Shown: positions 1 through 8,946, counted from the first letter of the stretch. The stretch is 33,806 bases of DNA from Promethearchaeota archaeon (GCA_048938005.1 JBHLMQ010000034.1:1-33806); one strand, 5' to 3'. Translations and numbers: made by a program. Notes: generated by a model from the letters alone, not told the origin.

Positions 1-465
1 AGTTTTGATATTCCAGTTACAGGTGCAACACTAGACTTTATGACATTCTTTGAAATTGAAGGTGATTGGGATTATGGCTATGTAGAGGTATATGATCAAA
101 ATACTGGAGAATGGTATACATTAGATGCTCCTGGTACAGTTGATTATGTAGCTCATGCTCAAGATAATCCCAATTGTCCTAATGGTCGTGAACCCACAGA
201 TTATGAGGCGGCAACAAGATGGCATGCATTTACTGGTGATAGTGGTGGATGGATTCCTGTATCAATGGATTTAACTCCTTTTGCTGGGCATAGAATCGAT
301 ATTTACTTTACATTATGGCAAGATGGTGCTTTTACATTACAAAATATGTACATTGATTACATTTCAATCCCAGAGATCGGGTTCTTCGATGACGTAGAGG
401 CTGGTGAGGATGGATGGACGAGTACCGGTTGGTACGTCACTGATGGAATCCAAGATAACGGTTTT
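1..465 (+). repeat. Direct repeat copy 1 (paralogous protease domain), matches 3201..3665
   Basis: Ungapped match at an offset of exactly 3200 nt. For example, 61-120 and 3261-3320 differ at only 5 of 60 positions. Confidence 0.92.
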
Positions 466-702
466 AGCATAACTGCAATTGACACTAAAGGAGTACCTTC
501 AGCTCGTTATCCAGAGCCCGCCAGTAATAACGCTATGACATTACATGGAGTTTGGCATATGACCACTGACCCAATAACACAAATTGGCATGATGACTGTA
601 CCTGCTACTCCTGTTAAATCAGGTCGCGTTATGGTTGCTATAGTTAGCAACCATGCAGGTCATATTCTATCAGCCCACTACGATTTCTATGTGCTCTGGT
701 AG
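1..702 (+). CDS. 5'-truncated secreted metalloprotease paralog (immune inhibitor A/M6-M30-like), C-terminal beta-rich domains only
   Basis: The frame is open from base 1 (SFDIPVTGATLDFMTFFEIEGDWDYGYVEV...) and is near-identical in protein sequence to the C-terminal third of ORF 1701..3905. The start lies outside the window. Confidence 0.85.
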   Translation, partial: SFDIPVTGATLDFMTFFEIEGDWDYGYVEVYDQNTGEWYTLDAPGTVDYVAHAQDNPNCPNGREPTDYEAATRWHAFTGDSGGWIPVSMDLTPFAGHRIDIYFTLWQDGAFTLQNMYIDYISIPEIGFFDDVEAGEDGWTSTGWYVTDGIQDNGFSITAIDTKGVPSARYPEPASNNAMTLHGVWHMTTDPITQIGMMTVPATPVKSGRVMVAIVSNHAGHILSAHYDFYVLW

Positions 703-731
703 TTCTAAATAAAAAATAAAACTAATTATTC

Positions 732-742
732 TTTTTTTTTTT
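732..742 (+). terminator. Oligo-T (archaeal-type) terminator
   Basis: T11 run 30 nt after the stop of the protease paralog. Confidence 0.6.
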
Positions 743-824
743 ATACTTTGTTGTATAGTATTGTGCCTTTATTCAAAAAAAAATTGACAGAAAGACTTAA
801 GAATCCTAATTAAGTAGATAGATT

Positions 825-1197
825 ATGAAAGAATGGAGCGAGAAACTAAATTTTGATCCTTTTACTAAATTTTTATCTACAAAAAACGAAATATTACAAT
901 AATTTTTTAAACGAGATCTTTTGGTAGAACAAGTAGGTTCAATAGAAGAAATATGGGAATCATCTTTAGTATTAAGGATTATTGATAAGCAACAAGAGGA
1001 TGGTTCATGGAAATACCCCAGTAGTAAAAAAGATTTAAGGACACAAGAAAACTATGATCAAATTGAGATATATAGACAATTAGGATTTTTAATACAGAAA
1101 AATGGTTTTATTAAAAACTATGTTGGGATTGGAAACGCTGCCGAGTACTTTTATTCGAAATGACGCTTAACACATTAAGAGATAGGCAAAGATCTTT
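825..1197 (+). pseudogene. N-terminal remnant of a prenyltransferase/terpene-cyclase-like (QW-repeat alpha/alpha-toroid) hypothetical protein
   Basis: ATG at 825 reads MKEWSEKLNFDPFTKFLSTKNEILQ*FFKRDLLVEQ..., with an in-frame TAA at 900-902, a QW-like motif KQQEDGSW and a premature TGA at 1161-1163. A short scrap (1166-1189) then matches the C-terminal remnant at 4168-4191. Confidence 0.7.
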
Positions 1198-1488
1198 AAT
1201 GTTTAATCATTGAGACTCTAACTTAGACATAAATAATTCACATAAATAATTCAAATAATAAAATTTTTGAGATTCAATTTTTCCTTTGAAAATTATTATA
1301 TAAATTTAGATAACTTATAATTATAAGGTAAAATTAAAAAAATTCTTTGAATTGAAAATATTTTTTTTTAGTTTTGTTAGTGAAATACTTATATCTATTT
1401 TAGAGATCTCTGAGTTATTCTAATAAAAGCTATGTCCAGTATATAATTTCATTTTTGACTTTCAATTTTGTAAAATGAAAAAAAAAAA

Positions 1489-1496
1489 TTTATATA
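1489..1496 (+). promoter_or_regulatory. Putative TATA box for the protease gene
   Basis: TTTATATA preceded by an A-rich tract. The implied transcription start near 1520 coincides with the start of the first hairpin. Confidence 0.4.
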
Positions 1497-1520
1497 TTAC
1501 ACCTCATAATATAAAACTCA

Positions 1521-1629
1521 CTAAAAACGTCTAAAATTTCGAAGTGTGTAAATCACATTCAGAAGTTTTTAGACTTTTTAGCACTGTTCGTTATATCTTC
1601 AAATTATAACTGATTTGGGATATTGAACA
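1521..1629 (+). other. Two adjacent long imperfect hairpins in the putative 5' leader of the protease gene
   Basis: Hairpin 1 (1521-1581): CTAAAAA/TTTTTAG, GTCTAAAA/TTTTAGAC and inner GTGTG/CACAT arms. Hairpin 2 (1585-1629): TGTTC/GAACA, ATATC/GATAT and TTCAAAT/ATTTGGG with G-U pairs. Confidence 0.5.
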
Positions 1630-1700
1630 TTAAAAATGGAAAAGAAAATATTGAAAAATTTAAAATAAAAAAAATATAAATTAAAAAAAGTTGGAAAAAA

Positions 1701-3905
1701 TTGAAAAAGAATAAAATTTTAGTAGCTATCTTAGTGTTATCTTTGTTGGGTATTTCTATTATTCCATTTCTTTCTTTGAATAAAGCTAATCCTGCCCAGG
1801 TTTCATTTGCTTCATTAGTTGATGAAAGATTTGATCGATTAGGTCCTGGAGCAGTAGATTTACATTACGAAGCTTTAGGGGCTAAAGAAATTGCCGTTCG
1901 TCAGGAAGCAGCAATGTTGGGACCGGAAGCGTTAATAGATCCAATTGTTCAGGGTGAATCGGCTGAGCCAGGTGATAGTTTTACCTTTACCGTATCTGAT
2001 AATGGTCTAGGAATTGATTATGATGAAGACTTTTATATAATTGATGATGGTGTTGGTGCTCATGGATTAATACTAGTTGAAGAAGCAGCATATCTCGCAT
2101 ATGGACTTTATGGGGAATATCGCTTCCCAAATCCTGAAACTTATAATGCATCTTCTACCGATCCTTGGTTAAGGGAGTACGATGTCATAACTCAGGATCA
2201 ATTATTATATCTATTAGACCAGTTTGATAACAATATGTGGCCTACAGTTACGGGCGTATTTGGAGAACCATTAGCGCGTGGAGATGAAGGACAAAAAATT
2301 TGGACTTTAATATTCAATATTCGTGACGAATCATATTATGATCCTGATGCTACTTCTTATATCGCAGGCTACTTCTCAGCCAGTGAAAGTACGGATAATC
2401 AAAAAAATATAATGCATATAGATTCATACGATTGGGCGAGACGTACTGGTCCTGATGTACCACGACCATATCTTTATGAGGGCACCTTCGCTCATGAATT
2501 TGAGCATCTTGTACATTTTGACCAAGATCCAGATGAACCATCGTGGGTTGATGAGGGTTGTGCTGAATTATCAGCGTTCTTATGTGGTTATGGTCATCCT
2601 GATCGTCATATTGACGATTACTTTTTCTATCATCCAATAACTGCATTAACCTATTGGGGTAATAGTCTTGAGGATTATGGACAGAAGTATTTATGGATAC
2701 TTTATCTTTACGAAAAGTTTGGCGGAGCAGACTTCATTTCTGCCTTAGTACAAGAACAAGCCAATGGTATCGAAGGTATTGAAAAAATGCTGAAAAGCGT
2801 TTCTCCTTGGTTGAACTTTGATATGGTCTATAATTGGTGGACTATGGCTATCTACTTAGATGACGAAGTACATTTTGGTGGGATATACGGTTTTGAGACT
2901 CTTGATATCGGTACTGCGGATACTTACTATGGAACTATTGAAGGCTACCTGCAACTTTATGAAGCTTCTTGGGGTTTCCCACAAATTTATGAAGCTCCAT
3001 TTGAAGTAGAATCCGATTGGTGGTGGGGTATTTATTTTGGCGATCCTAAACCATATTGTCCTCATTATTTCCGTTTTACTAATGAAAAATTATCAAAAGC
3101 ATATTTTGATGGACAAGATTGGTCGGGTGTCCTTCCAAGCAGTGGAGATTATGAATGGTATTCTGATGCCTCAGCTTGGGCATGGCGTAGTTTCTATCAA
3201 ACATTTAATATTCCTGCTGGTGGTGCAACACTTAACTTTATGACGTATTTTGAAATTGAAGATGATTGGGACTATGGCTATGTAGAGGTGTATGATCAAA
3301 ATACCGGTGAATGGTATACATTAGATGCTGCTGGTACAGTTGATTATGTAGCTCATGGTCAAGATAATCCCAATTGTCCTGGTGGTCGTGAACCCACGGA
3401 TTATGAGGCAGCTTTAAGATGGCATGCATTTACTGGTTATAGTGGTGGATGGATCCCTGTATCAATGGACCTCACTCCATTCGCTGGGCATGATATTGAT
3501 CTTTACTTTACGTTATGGCAAGATGGAGCTTTTACTCTACAAAATATGTACATTGATGACATTTCAATTCCAGAAATTGGTTTCTCTGATAGTGCAGAGG
3601 AAGGTGAAGCTGATTGGACTTCTACAGGCTGGTTTGTTACTGATGGGATGTTCGATAACCATTTTGGTGTCACTATCCTTCAAGCTAAAATAAAACCTCC
3701 AGAAGTTGATGTTAAGTTATATTATACTCGTATTATGTGGATTGATCATACAACTGAGACTGGAAAAATGTTTTTAGGAAGAACACATGCTAAATCTCAC
3801 AAAGTCAGAGTCGCAATAGTTAGTAATCGTGCTGATCACATACTACCTGCACATTATATATTCGGCGTTAAAGAGGTCTCATGGCACTGGTTTTTTTGGT
3901 GGTAA
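1701..3905 (+). CDS. Secreted zinc metalloprotease, immune inhibitor A (M6)/M30-like
   Basis: N-terminal signal peptide (MKKNK plus a hydrophobic stretch), zinc motif AHEFEH followed by WVDEGCAE, YIAGYF, and an InhA-like C-terminal domain (EIEDDWDYGYVEV, GWIPVSMDLTPFAG). TTG start. Confidence 0.85.
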   Translation: MKKNKILVAILVLSLLGISIIPFLSLNKANPAQVSFASLVDERFDRLGPGAVDLHYEALGAKEIAVRQEAAMLGPEALIDPIVQGESAEPGDSFTFTVSDNGLGIDYDEDFYIIDDGVGAHGLILVEEAAYLAYGLYGEYRFPNPETYNASSTDPWLREYDVITQDQLLYLLDQFDNNMWPTVTGVFGEPLARGDEGQKIWTLIFNIRDESYYDPDATSYIAGYFSASESTDNQKNIMHIDSYDWARRTGPDVPRPYLYEGTFAHEFEHLVHFDQDPDEPSWVDEGCAELSAFLCGYGHPDRHIDDYFFYHPITALTYWGNSLEDYGQKYLWILYLYEKFGGADFISALVQEQANGIEGIEKMLKSVSPWLNFDMVYNWWTMAIYLDDEVHFGGIYGFETLDIGTADTYYGTIEGYLQLYEASWGFPQIYEAPFEVESDWWWGIYFGDPKPYCPHYFRFTNEKLSKAYFDGQDWSGVLPSSGDYEWYSDASAWAWRSFYQTFNIPAGGATLNFMTYFEIEDDWDYGYVEVYDQNTGEWYTLDAAGTVDYVAHGQDNPNCPGGREPTDYEAALRWHAFTGYSGGWIPVSMDLTPFAGHDIDLYFTLWQDGAFTLQNMYIDDISIPEIGFSDSAEEGEADWTSTGWFVTDGMFDNHFGVTILQAKIKPPEVDVKLYYTRIMWIDHTTETGKMFLGRTHAKSHKVRVAIVSNRADHILPAHYIFGVKEVSWHWFFWW
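3201..3665 (+). repeat. Direct repeat copy 2, matches 1..465
   Basis: Ungapped nucleotide match to bases 1-465 at offset 3200. Confidence 0.92.
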
Positions 3906-3928
3906 ATTTATCTTAAATTATTATTAAA

Positions 3929-3939
3929 TTTTTTTTTTT
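3929..3939 (+). terminator. Oligo-T terminator
   Basis: T11 run 24 nt after the protease stop, mirroring 732-742. Confidence 0.6.
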
Positions 3940-4003
3940 ATTTTGTCTATTTTGTTTAATTAAAAAAGAACTTAAGAGATAATTTTTGATTTTCTAATCT
4001 TCT

Positions 4004-4296
4004 CTTTTAGCTTCAAGATTCTTTAAACTTGATAAATATCCTGATCGAAAGGTTATAGATTATTGGTTAGAGTATCATTCCCCTTTTGGTTTACAGATAT
4101 TGTATCTTCACTTGACACACTCTCGAACGTAGGTTTCACTTCTTCTCTCCGTCAAATTGATTTAGCACTTAATACATTAAGAGATAGACAATTAGAAAAC
4201 GGTTTAGGGGATTTAAAATTAATAAAGACTAAAGATAAAGATCTTCCTCTTTGTATTGCTTTAGCTATCTGTCGAATATTTAAGAAATTTTATTAA
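4004..4296 (+). pseudogene. C-terminal remnant of the same QW-repeat toroid hypothetical protein, frameshifted
   Basis: The frame from 4004 reads LLASRFFKLDKYPDRKVIDYW, then shifts near 4066-4069 into RVSFPFWFTDIVSSLDTL...RQLENGL...ALAICRIFKKFY*. There is no start codon or N-terminal part. Confidence 0.7.
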
Positions 4297-4375
4297 TTGT
4301 TTGAATTTTTAAGGTAGGTTTGATTAATCCAAATATTATTAGCATGAATTTAAAAATTGCTTAAGGAAAACTAGT

Positions 4376-5311
4376 TTGGAATTTCAAAATATTCAGGATT
4401 TACTAAGAGAATTAAAAGATGATAACACCTCTGGCGCTTCTGAGTTTATTGATAAAGTTCTTGAAATAATTAAATTTCAACTTAGATTGATCCATGATCC
4501 ACATAAAGACATCAGAGAGAATATTTTTAACTTATCGAAACAAATAATTTATACTCGCCCAAGTATGGCTCCTCTTATCAATACAATGGGATATCTTATT
4601 CATGATTTAGAAAAAATAAATAAAAGTATTATAGAAGAAAGATTGAGCCAATTTTATATCTATAGAGAAAAAATTAAAGAATCTTTAGAGTTAGCCTTTC
4701 ACAGTTTTTTAAAAGAGAGTAAGAAAATTCCACTGAAAGTAATGCTAATATCATATAGCTCAACGATTATCAATCTAATATTGCGAAATAAAGATTTTAA
4801 CCTTGAGATATATGTTCTAGAATCAAGACCACTTCTTGAGGGACGCAAGGTTGCTGAGATTTTATCTCAATATTTTAAAACGCATCTTATAGTCGATGCT
4901 GCAATGGGAAAATTTATTGATCAAATCGATGTAGTGTTAATTGGAGTTGATAGTATCTTAGAAGATGGTTCGATTATAAATAAGATTGGCACATATCCGT
5001 TAGCTGTGCTAGCTGATTCAAGGAAAATTGATGTATATGCAGTCGCAGATTCTTTGAAGTATAACCTAAAGAGTCATTTCGGCAGAGATATTATAATTGA
5101 AAAGAAGCCTATAGAAGAAATTTATGATAAAGAAATAAAAAACACATCTTTAGAAATACATAATTATTATTTTGATATTACTCCTTCTATTTATTTTACG
5201 GGAATTATTTCTAATTATGGCATCCTAAAAATTAATGAGTTTCTGGAAAAGGTGAAAAGTGATCTTCCAATCGAGTGGTTTAAATATTTATTAAATAATA
5301 AAAGGATATGA
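4376..5311 (+). CDS. Translation initiation factor IF-2B alpha/beta/delta family protein
   Basis: Motifs SGA, RPSMAP, SYSST, ESRPLLEG, GVDSILEDGSIINKIGTYPLA and YFDITP. It lacks the catalytic Cys (THC) of the sugar-phosphate isomerase members. Confidence 0.85.
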   Translation: MEFQNIQDLLRELKDDNTSGASEFIDKVLEIIKFQLRLIHDPHKDIRENIFNLSKQIIYTRPSMAPLINTMGYLIHDLEKINKSIIEERLSQFYIYREKIKESLELAFHSFLKESKKIPLKVMLISYSSTIINLILRNKDFNLEIYVLESRPLLEGRKVAEILSQYFKTHLIVDAAMGKFIDQIDVVLIGVDSILEDGSIINKIGTYPLAVLADSRKIDVYAVADSLKYNLKSHFGRDIIIEKKPIEEIYDKEIKNTSLEIHNYYFDITPSIYFTGIISNYGILKINEFLEKVKSDLPIEWFKYLLNNKRI

Positions 5312-6555
5312 TTTTAAAATCAAAAATGAGCGCTCACGAATCAGAATTTAAAAAATTAAAAGAAAACTATACTGAAAAAAATCTTAATGTAGATAATGCT
5401 TATAGGATTACAGACCGACTAGCATTCCCTCGGTTAATTGGTTCAGAAGGAGAGAAAGAGGCTATCAAAATTGTATTGGACGAATTTAGAAAAGCAGGAT
5501 ATAATTCAATTAGCCAACAAAAGTTTAAGACTTCTTTCCATAACTGGACTTTTTCGAGATATATTTTTTCAATACTTGGTTCGGGATTGATTCTATTAGC
5601 ATTATCCTTCTATATATCTCCTATAATAACAATTTGTCTTTTCATTCTTGGAATTTACCTTTCATTTAGAGCGCTGGCAGTTTCTACTTCAACTAAAATT
5701 AAATTAAGTAGAAACCCGAAATATAATTTTGAGACAGAAAATATTTATGTTAATCTGAGAAGTAAGAATTCTAATTGTAAAATAATATTCATGGGACATT
5801 GGGATTCTAAATCTCAAACATTTTCACCATCGACACGAATTTTGATGTTTATGATATTTGTTTTTGGTTCTCTTATTCTCTATTTGTTTTATTTAATTTT
5901 AAGCCTTCTTAAGCTTTTTATGAATCTTAATTTACCAATTTTAAACAATATTTTATTAGATGTTTGTATAATCATTGCCATCATTGGAGCAATTAACTAT
6001 TTTAATAAAACAGGTAATGATTCTCCTGGGGCGTTTGATAATGCAGCAGCGGTAGGTGTGTTAATAGAACTTGCCAGATATTATAAAAAAAATCCAATTA
6101 AAAATATTGACTTAATGTTTTTAAGTACTGGTTCTGAGGAACTAAACTTAGGAGGGGCAACTCATTTTATCCAAAGTTTTAAAAATAAATTTGACAAAAG
6201 CTCAACTTTTTTTATTAATTTAGATTTCATTGGAGGTTCGGAACTAATAAGATTAATAAGTTCTTATGGTATTCCACGAAAAATTTCTTCGAAAAAATTA
6301 AATAAATTATTTCTAGAAAGTGCTAAAGACTTAGCAATTAGAATAAAAGATATATATGCCCCTACTGGAGTTTGGTCTGATTATATGCCAATAGTTCAAG
6401 AAGGATTTGAAGCTTGTTGGGTTGGTTCTCAACCGGGATTGAAGTTTGTACATACTAAGAACGATAAGATGAACTTAATTTCTAAGGAAGGAATCAAAAA
6501 CATACTCTATTTATGTATAAAGGTTATCGACAAATTTAATAATGAATATAATTAA
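5308..6555 (+). CDS. Membrane-embedded M28 family peptidase
   Basis: Motifs PRLIGSEGE, GHWDS, GAFDNAAAV, GSEE, NLD, SDY and HT..D, interrupted by about 4 hydrophobic helices. ATGA overlap with the upstream gene. Confidence 0.85.
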   Translation: MILKSKMSAHESEFKKLKENYTEKNLNVDNAYRITDRLAFPRLIGSEGEKEAIKIVLDEFRKAGYNSISQQKFKTSFHNWTFSRYIFSILGSGLILLALSFYISPIITICLFILGIYLSFRALAVSTSTKIKLSRNPKYNFETENIYVNLRSKNSNCKIIFMGHWDSKSQTFSPSTRILMFMIFVFGSLILYLFYLILSLLKLFMNLNLPILNNILLDVCIIIAIIGAINYFNKTGNDSPGAFDNAAAVGVLIELARYYKKNPIKNIDLMFLSTGSEELNLGGATHFIQSFKNKFDKSSTFFINLDFIGGSELIRLISSYGIPRKISSKKLNKLFLESAKDLAIRIKDIYAPTGVWSDYMPIVQEGFEACWVGSQPGLKFVHTKNDKMNLISKEGIKNILYLCIKVIDKFNNEYN

Positions 6556-6703
6556 TCTCATATTTTTCTGATTAATCTTGGCTATTATTTATAAATTAAA
6601 TCTAGGAAAGCTTTAAGAAATATTGTACATAACTTAAATTTTATCCTAAGATTTATTTTATCAAAATTGATTATCGAAAAAAATAATTAAAATTTTGTTT
6701 ACA

Positions 6704-7702
6704 ATGTTAACTTCAGAACAAATTAAAGAAGTTTTAAAAAATGATGTTATAAATCTTCGATTCCATGCAAGGGGAGGACAAGGAGGTGTTACTGCTTCCA
6801 ATTTATGTGTGGAAGCCTTTTATGGTTACGGTGTTTGTCAACCCCTTTTTGGTGCTGAAAGAATGGGTTCTCCAACAGAAAGTTATGTAAGACTTTCTTC
6901 AAATGAAGATTTAGTAAGAAACAATGAACAAGTGTATGGTCCTCATTTTGTTTCTGTATTAGATCCATCATTATTAGGAGAAATTAATGTAACTGCTGGA
7001 ATGCCAAGAGGCGGTTGGCTTATTGTAAATACAGTTATGGATCAAGCTACGGTTCAGGATATTGTTGGGAGAAACGATATTAATATTGCAACTATAGATG
7101 CTACAAGAATTGCTTTAGATATTTTAGGAAGAAATATTACAAATACAATAATTTTAGGGGCTTTAATTCGAGTTTCTCATCTCTTTACTGTGGATGAATT
7201 GTCTGATGCCATCATGAGACGTTTCAAAGGAGAAATCGCAGGAAAAAATATGCAAGCAATAAAACAAGCAATTGAAGAAACATGTGTATATGATCTTGGA
7301 ATTGATATTGATTTTTCTTTAGATACGAAAGTACCATGGCAACAGGTAAAACCAGGTTTGCCGGGATATAAAGAATTAGATAAAGCAGGAGTGTGGTATT
7401 GTGACGAAGATGTTATTCCATTTGGAAGTTCCCAAATAATGACTGGTTCATGGGGAGAATGGGAAATAATTTGGGATGAAGAAAAATGTACTGATTGTGC
7501 TCAATGTTGGTATATCTGCCCAGATTTTGCTATACTCAGGGTAATAGGAGAAGATGGATTATGGCATATGGCAGGAATTGATAGTTTTCATTGTAAATCT
7601 TGTCAGAATTGCTTAAACATTTGTCCAGTAGACGCTATAAGTAAACAATTAAAACAGGGTCCAGCATCTTGTGCTTTACCTGAAGATCAAGGAGGTGAAT
7701 AA
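6704..7702 (+). CDS. porC: 2-oxoacid:ferredoxin oxidoreductase gamma subunit fused to delta (2x[4Fe-4S] ferredoxin) subunit
   Basis: Gamma motifs RFHARGGQGGVT, FGAERMGSP and NTIILGAL. C-terminal CTDCAQCWYICP and CKSCQNCLNICP. ATG at 6704 is preferred over TTG at 6695. Confidence 0.9.
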   Translation: MLTSEQIKEVLKNDVINLRFHARGGQGGVTASNLCVEAFYGYGVCQPLFGAERMGSPTESYVRLSSNEDLVRNNEQVYGPHFVSVLDPSLLGEINVTAGMPRGGWLIVNTVMDQATVQDIVGRNDINIATIDATRIALDILGRNITNTIILGALIRVSHLFTVDELSDAIMRRFKGEIAGKNMQAIKQAIEETCVYDLGIDIDFSLDTKVPWQQVKPGLPGYKELDKAGVWYCDEDVIPFGSSQIMTGSWGEWEIIWDEEKCTDCAQCWYICPDFAILRVIGEDGLWHMAGIDSFHCKSCQNCLNICPVDAISKQLKQGPASCALPEDQGGE

Positions 7703-7706
7703 ATCA

Positions 7707-8945
7707 ATGAGTATAGAACCAATGCGTATTTTTTTCAAGGAAATTAAAGAACCTATCGAAACTACCATGATTGGTAATTATGCGGTTGCTGGAGGTGTAA
7801 CCCAAACAGATCCAGATGTAATTTGTGCATTTCCAATAACTCCCCAAACCCAAGCTGTTGAAGGTCTTTCTGATGTTGTCCATCATGGTAGGTTGAAAGC
7901 TGCATTTGTTAATGTTGAATCTGAATTAGCTGCTATAACCTACTCAACAGCAGCATGTGCTGCAGGAGCTAGATCATTTACAGCTACGGCTTCCCAAGGT
8001 TATTTATTAATGACGGAAGGATTACCTATGGCTGTTGGTTGGAGGGTTCCGTTAACAATGATGATAAGTGCACGAGCATTTAATTCTCCCAATTTATCAA
8101 TTTGGAATAGTTGGGAATTTACACAAACTAATTCTGAATTAGGATGGAATTGTATTGTATCTGAAAATGTACAAGAAACTTATGATGCCGCTATTTTATC
8201 AGTCATGATTTCAGAAGATTCTCTTTTTCCAACTATGTTTGTACATGACGGTTTTATTATTTCTCATTCTGTACAGAACCTAACTCTCATCCCAGATGAA
8301 ATTGTTAGAAAATTAACTCCAAAAAAGCCTAGACATCACATTACTACTGAAAAACCTGGTACTTGGGGAGGAATTGTAACTCCCGATTATTTCATGGAGG
8401 GAAGAAGAAAACTTGAAGAAGATAAAAAACCAGTATTAGGGATTATGAAAAAGTGCTTTAATGATTTTGCTAATGCTACAGGACGTAAATATGATTTAAT
8501 TGAAACTTTTAATTTAGATAATTCTTCGAATTCTTCGAAAACGGCATTTCTAACTATGGGATCCATGTGTGGAAACATAATCAGCTGGATGACAAAGAAT
8601 AAAGATATAGGTTTAATTAAAATTCGTTCTTATAGACCATTTCCTTATGAAGATTTACAAAAAATAGTGCAAGAACACAATCTTGAGAAATTAATTATAT
8701 TAGAAAAATCAGATTCTCTAAATGGACTTTTACCTCCATTTTCAATGACCATTGCTTCAGCATTATATCCTCTTGGCACAATATTTAGAAGTTTTGTTGT
8801 TGGTTTAGGAGGTCGGGATGTCACTCGAGATGAATTTGATGTCGCAAAAAAGAAAATGGAGTCGGTAACAGATATGAAAGGACCTCTTTATTCTTATTTG
8901 GGTGTAAGAGAAACAAAAGATAAAATTTTGGGGGTGGATAATTAA
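7707..8945 (+). CDS. porA: Pyruvate/2-oxoacid:ferredoxin oxidoreductase alpha subunit
   Basis: FPITPQT, VESELAA, TATASQG, DGFIISH, RPFP and GLGGRD motifs. Shine-Dalgarno GGAGGTGA at 7691-7698 supports ATG 7707. Confidence 0.92.
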   Translation: MSIEPMRIFFKEIKEPIETTMIGNYAVAGGVTQTDPDVICAFPITPQTQAVEGLSDVVHHGRLKAAFVNVESELAAITYSTAACAAGARSFTATASQGYLLMTEGLPMAVGWRVPLTMMISARAFNSPNLSIWNSWEFTQTNSELGWNCIVSENVQETYDAAILSVMISEDSLFPTMFVHDGFIISHSVQNLTLIPDEIVRKLTPKKPRHHITTEKPGTWGGIVTPDYFMEGRRKLEEDKKPVLGIMKKCFNDFANATGRKYDLIETFNLDNSSNSSKTAFLTMGSMCGNIISWMTKNKDIGLIKIRSYRPFPYEDLQKIVQEHNLEKLIILEKSDSLNGLLPPFSMTIASALYPLGTIFRSFVVGLGGRDVTRDEFDVAKKKMESVTDMKGPLYSYLGVRETKDKILGVDN

Positions 8946-8946
8946 A

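Noticed and set aside
900-902. Stop-codon readthrough or recoding (Sec/Pyl)
   Set aside because: The codon is TAA, not TGA or TAG, and the gene is also truncated and fragmented, so decay explains it better.
921-1163. 80-aa ORF as a real stand-alone gene
   Set aside because: It is the middle of a pseudogene. Homology-like sequence continues upstream through an in-frame TAA to ATG 825.
1-3665. Repeat as an assembly artefact, mobile-element end or DGR template/variable pair
   Set aside because: The copies differ at many mostly third-codon positions, both are coding, the mismatches are not adenine-specific, and no reverse transcriptase or transposase is present in the window.
2350-3693. Short alternative-frame and antisense ORFs inside the protease gene
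   Set aside because: They are fully nested in a well-supported CDS and carry no recognisable motifs, so they are shadow ORFs.
4063-4296. 77-aa ORF as an intact gene or programmed frameshift
   Set aside because: It has no N-terminus and no slippery site at the shift. It is a frameshifted remnant.
4376-5311. Ribose-1,5-bisphosphate isomerase or MtnA call
   Set aside because: The catalytic Cys motif and the N-terminal RGA motif are absent.
7671-7706. Longer start for the alpha subunit (and likewise 28680 for BKACE and 27024 for Gfo)
   Set aside because: These starts overlap or abut upstream genes. Shine-Dalgarno position and homology favour downstream ATGs.
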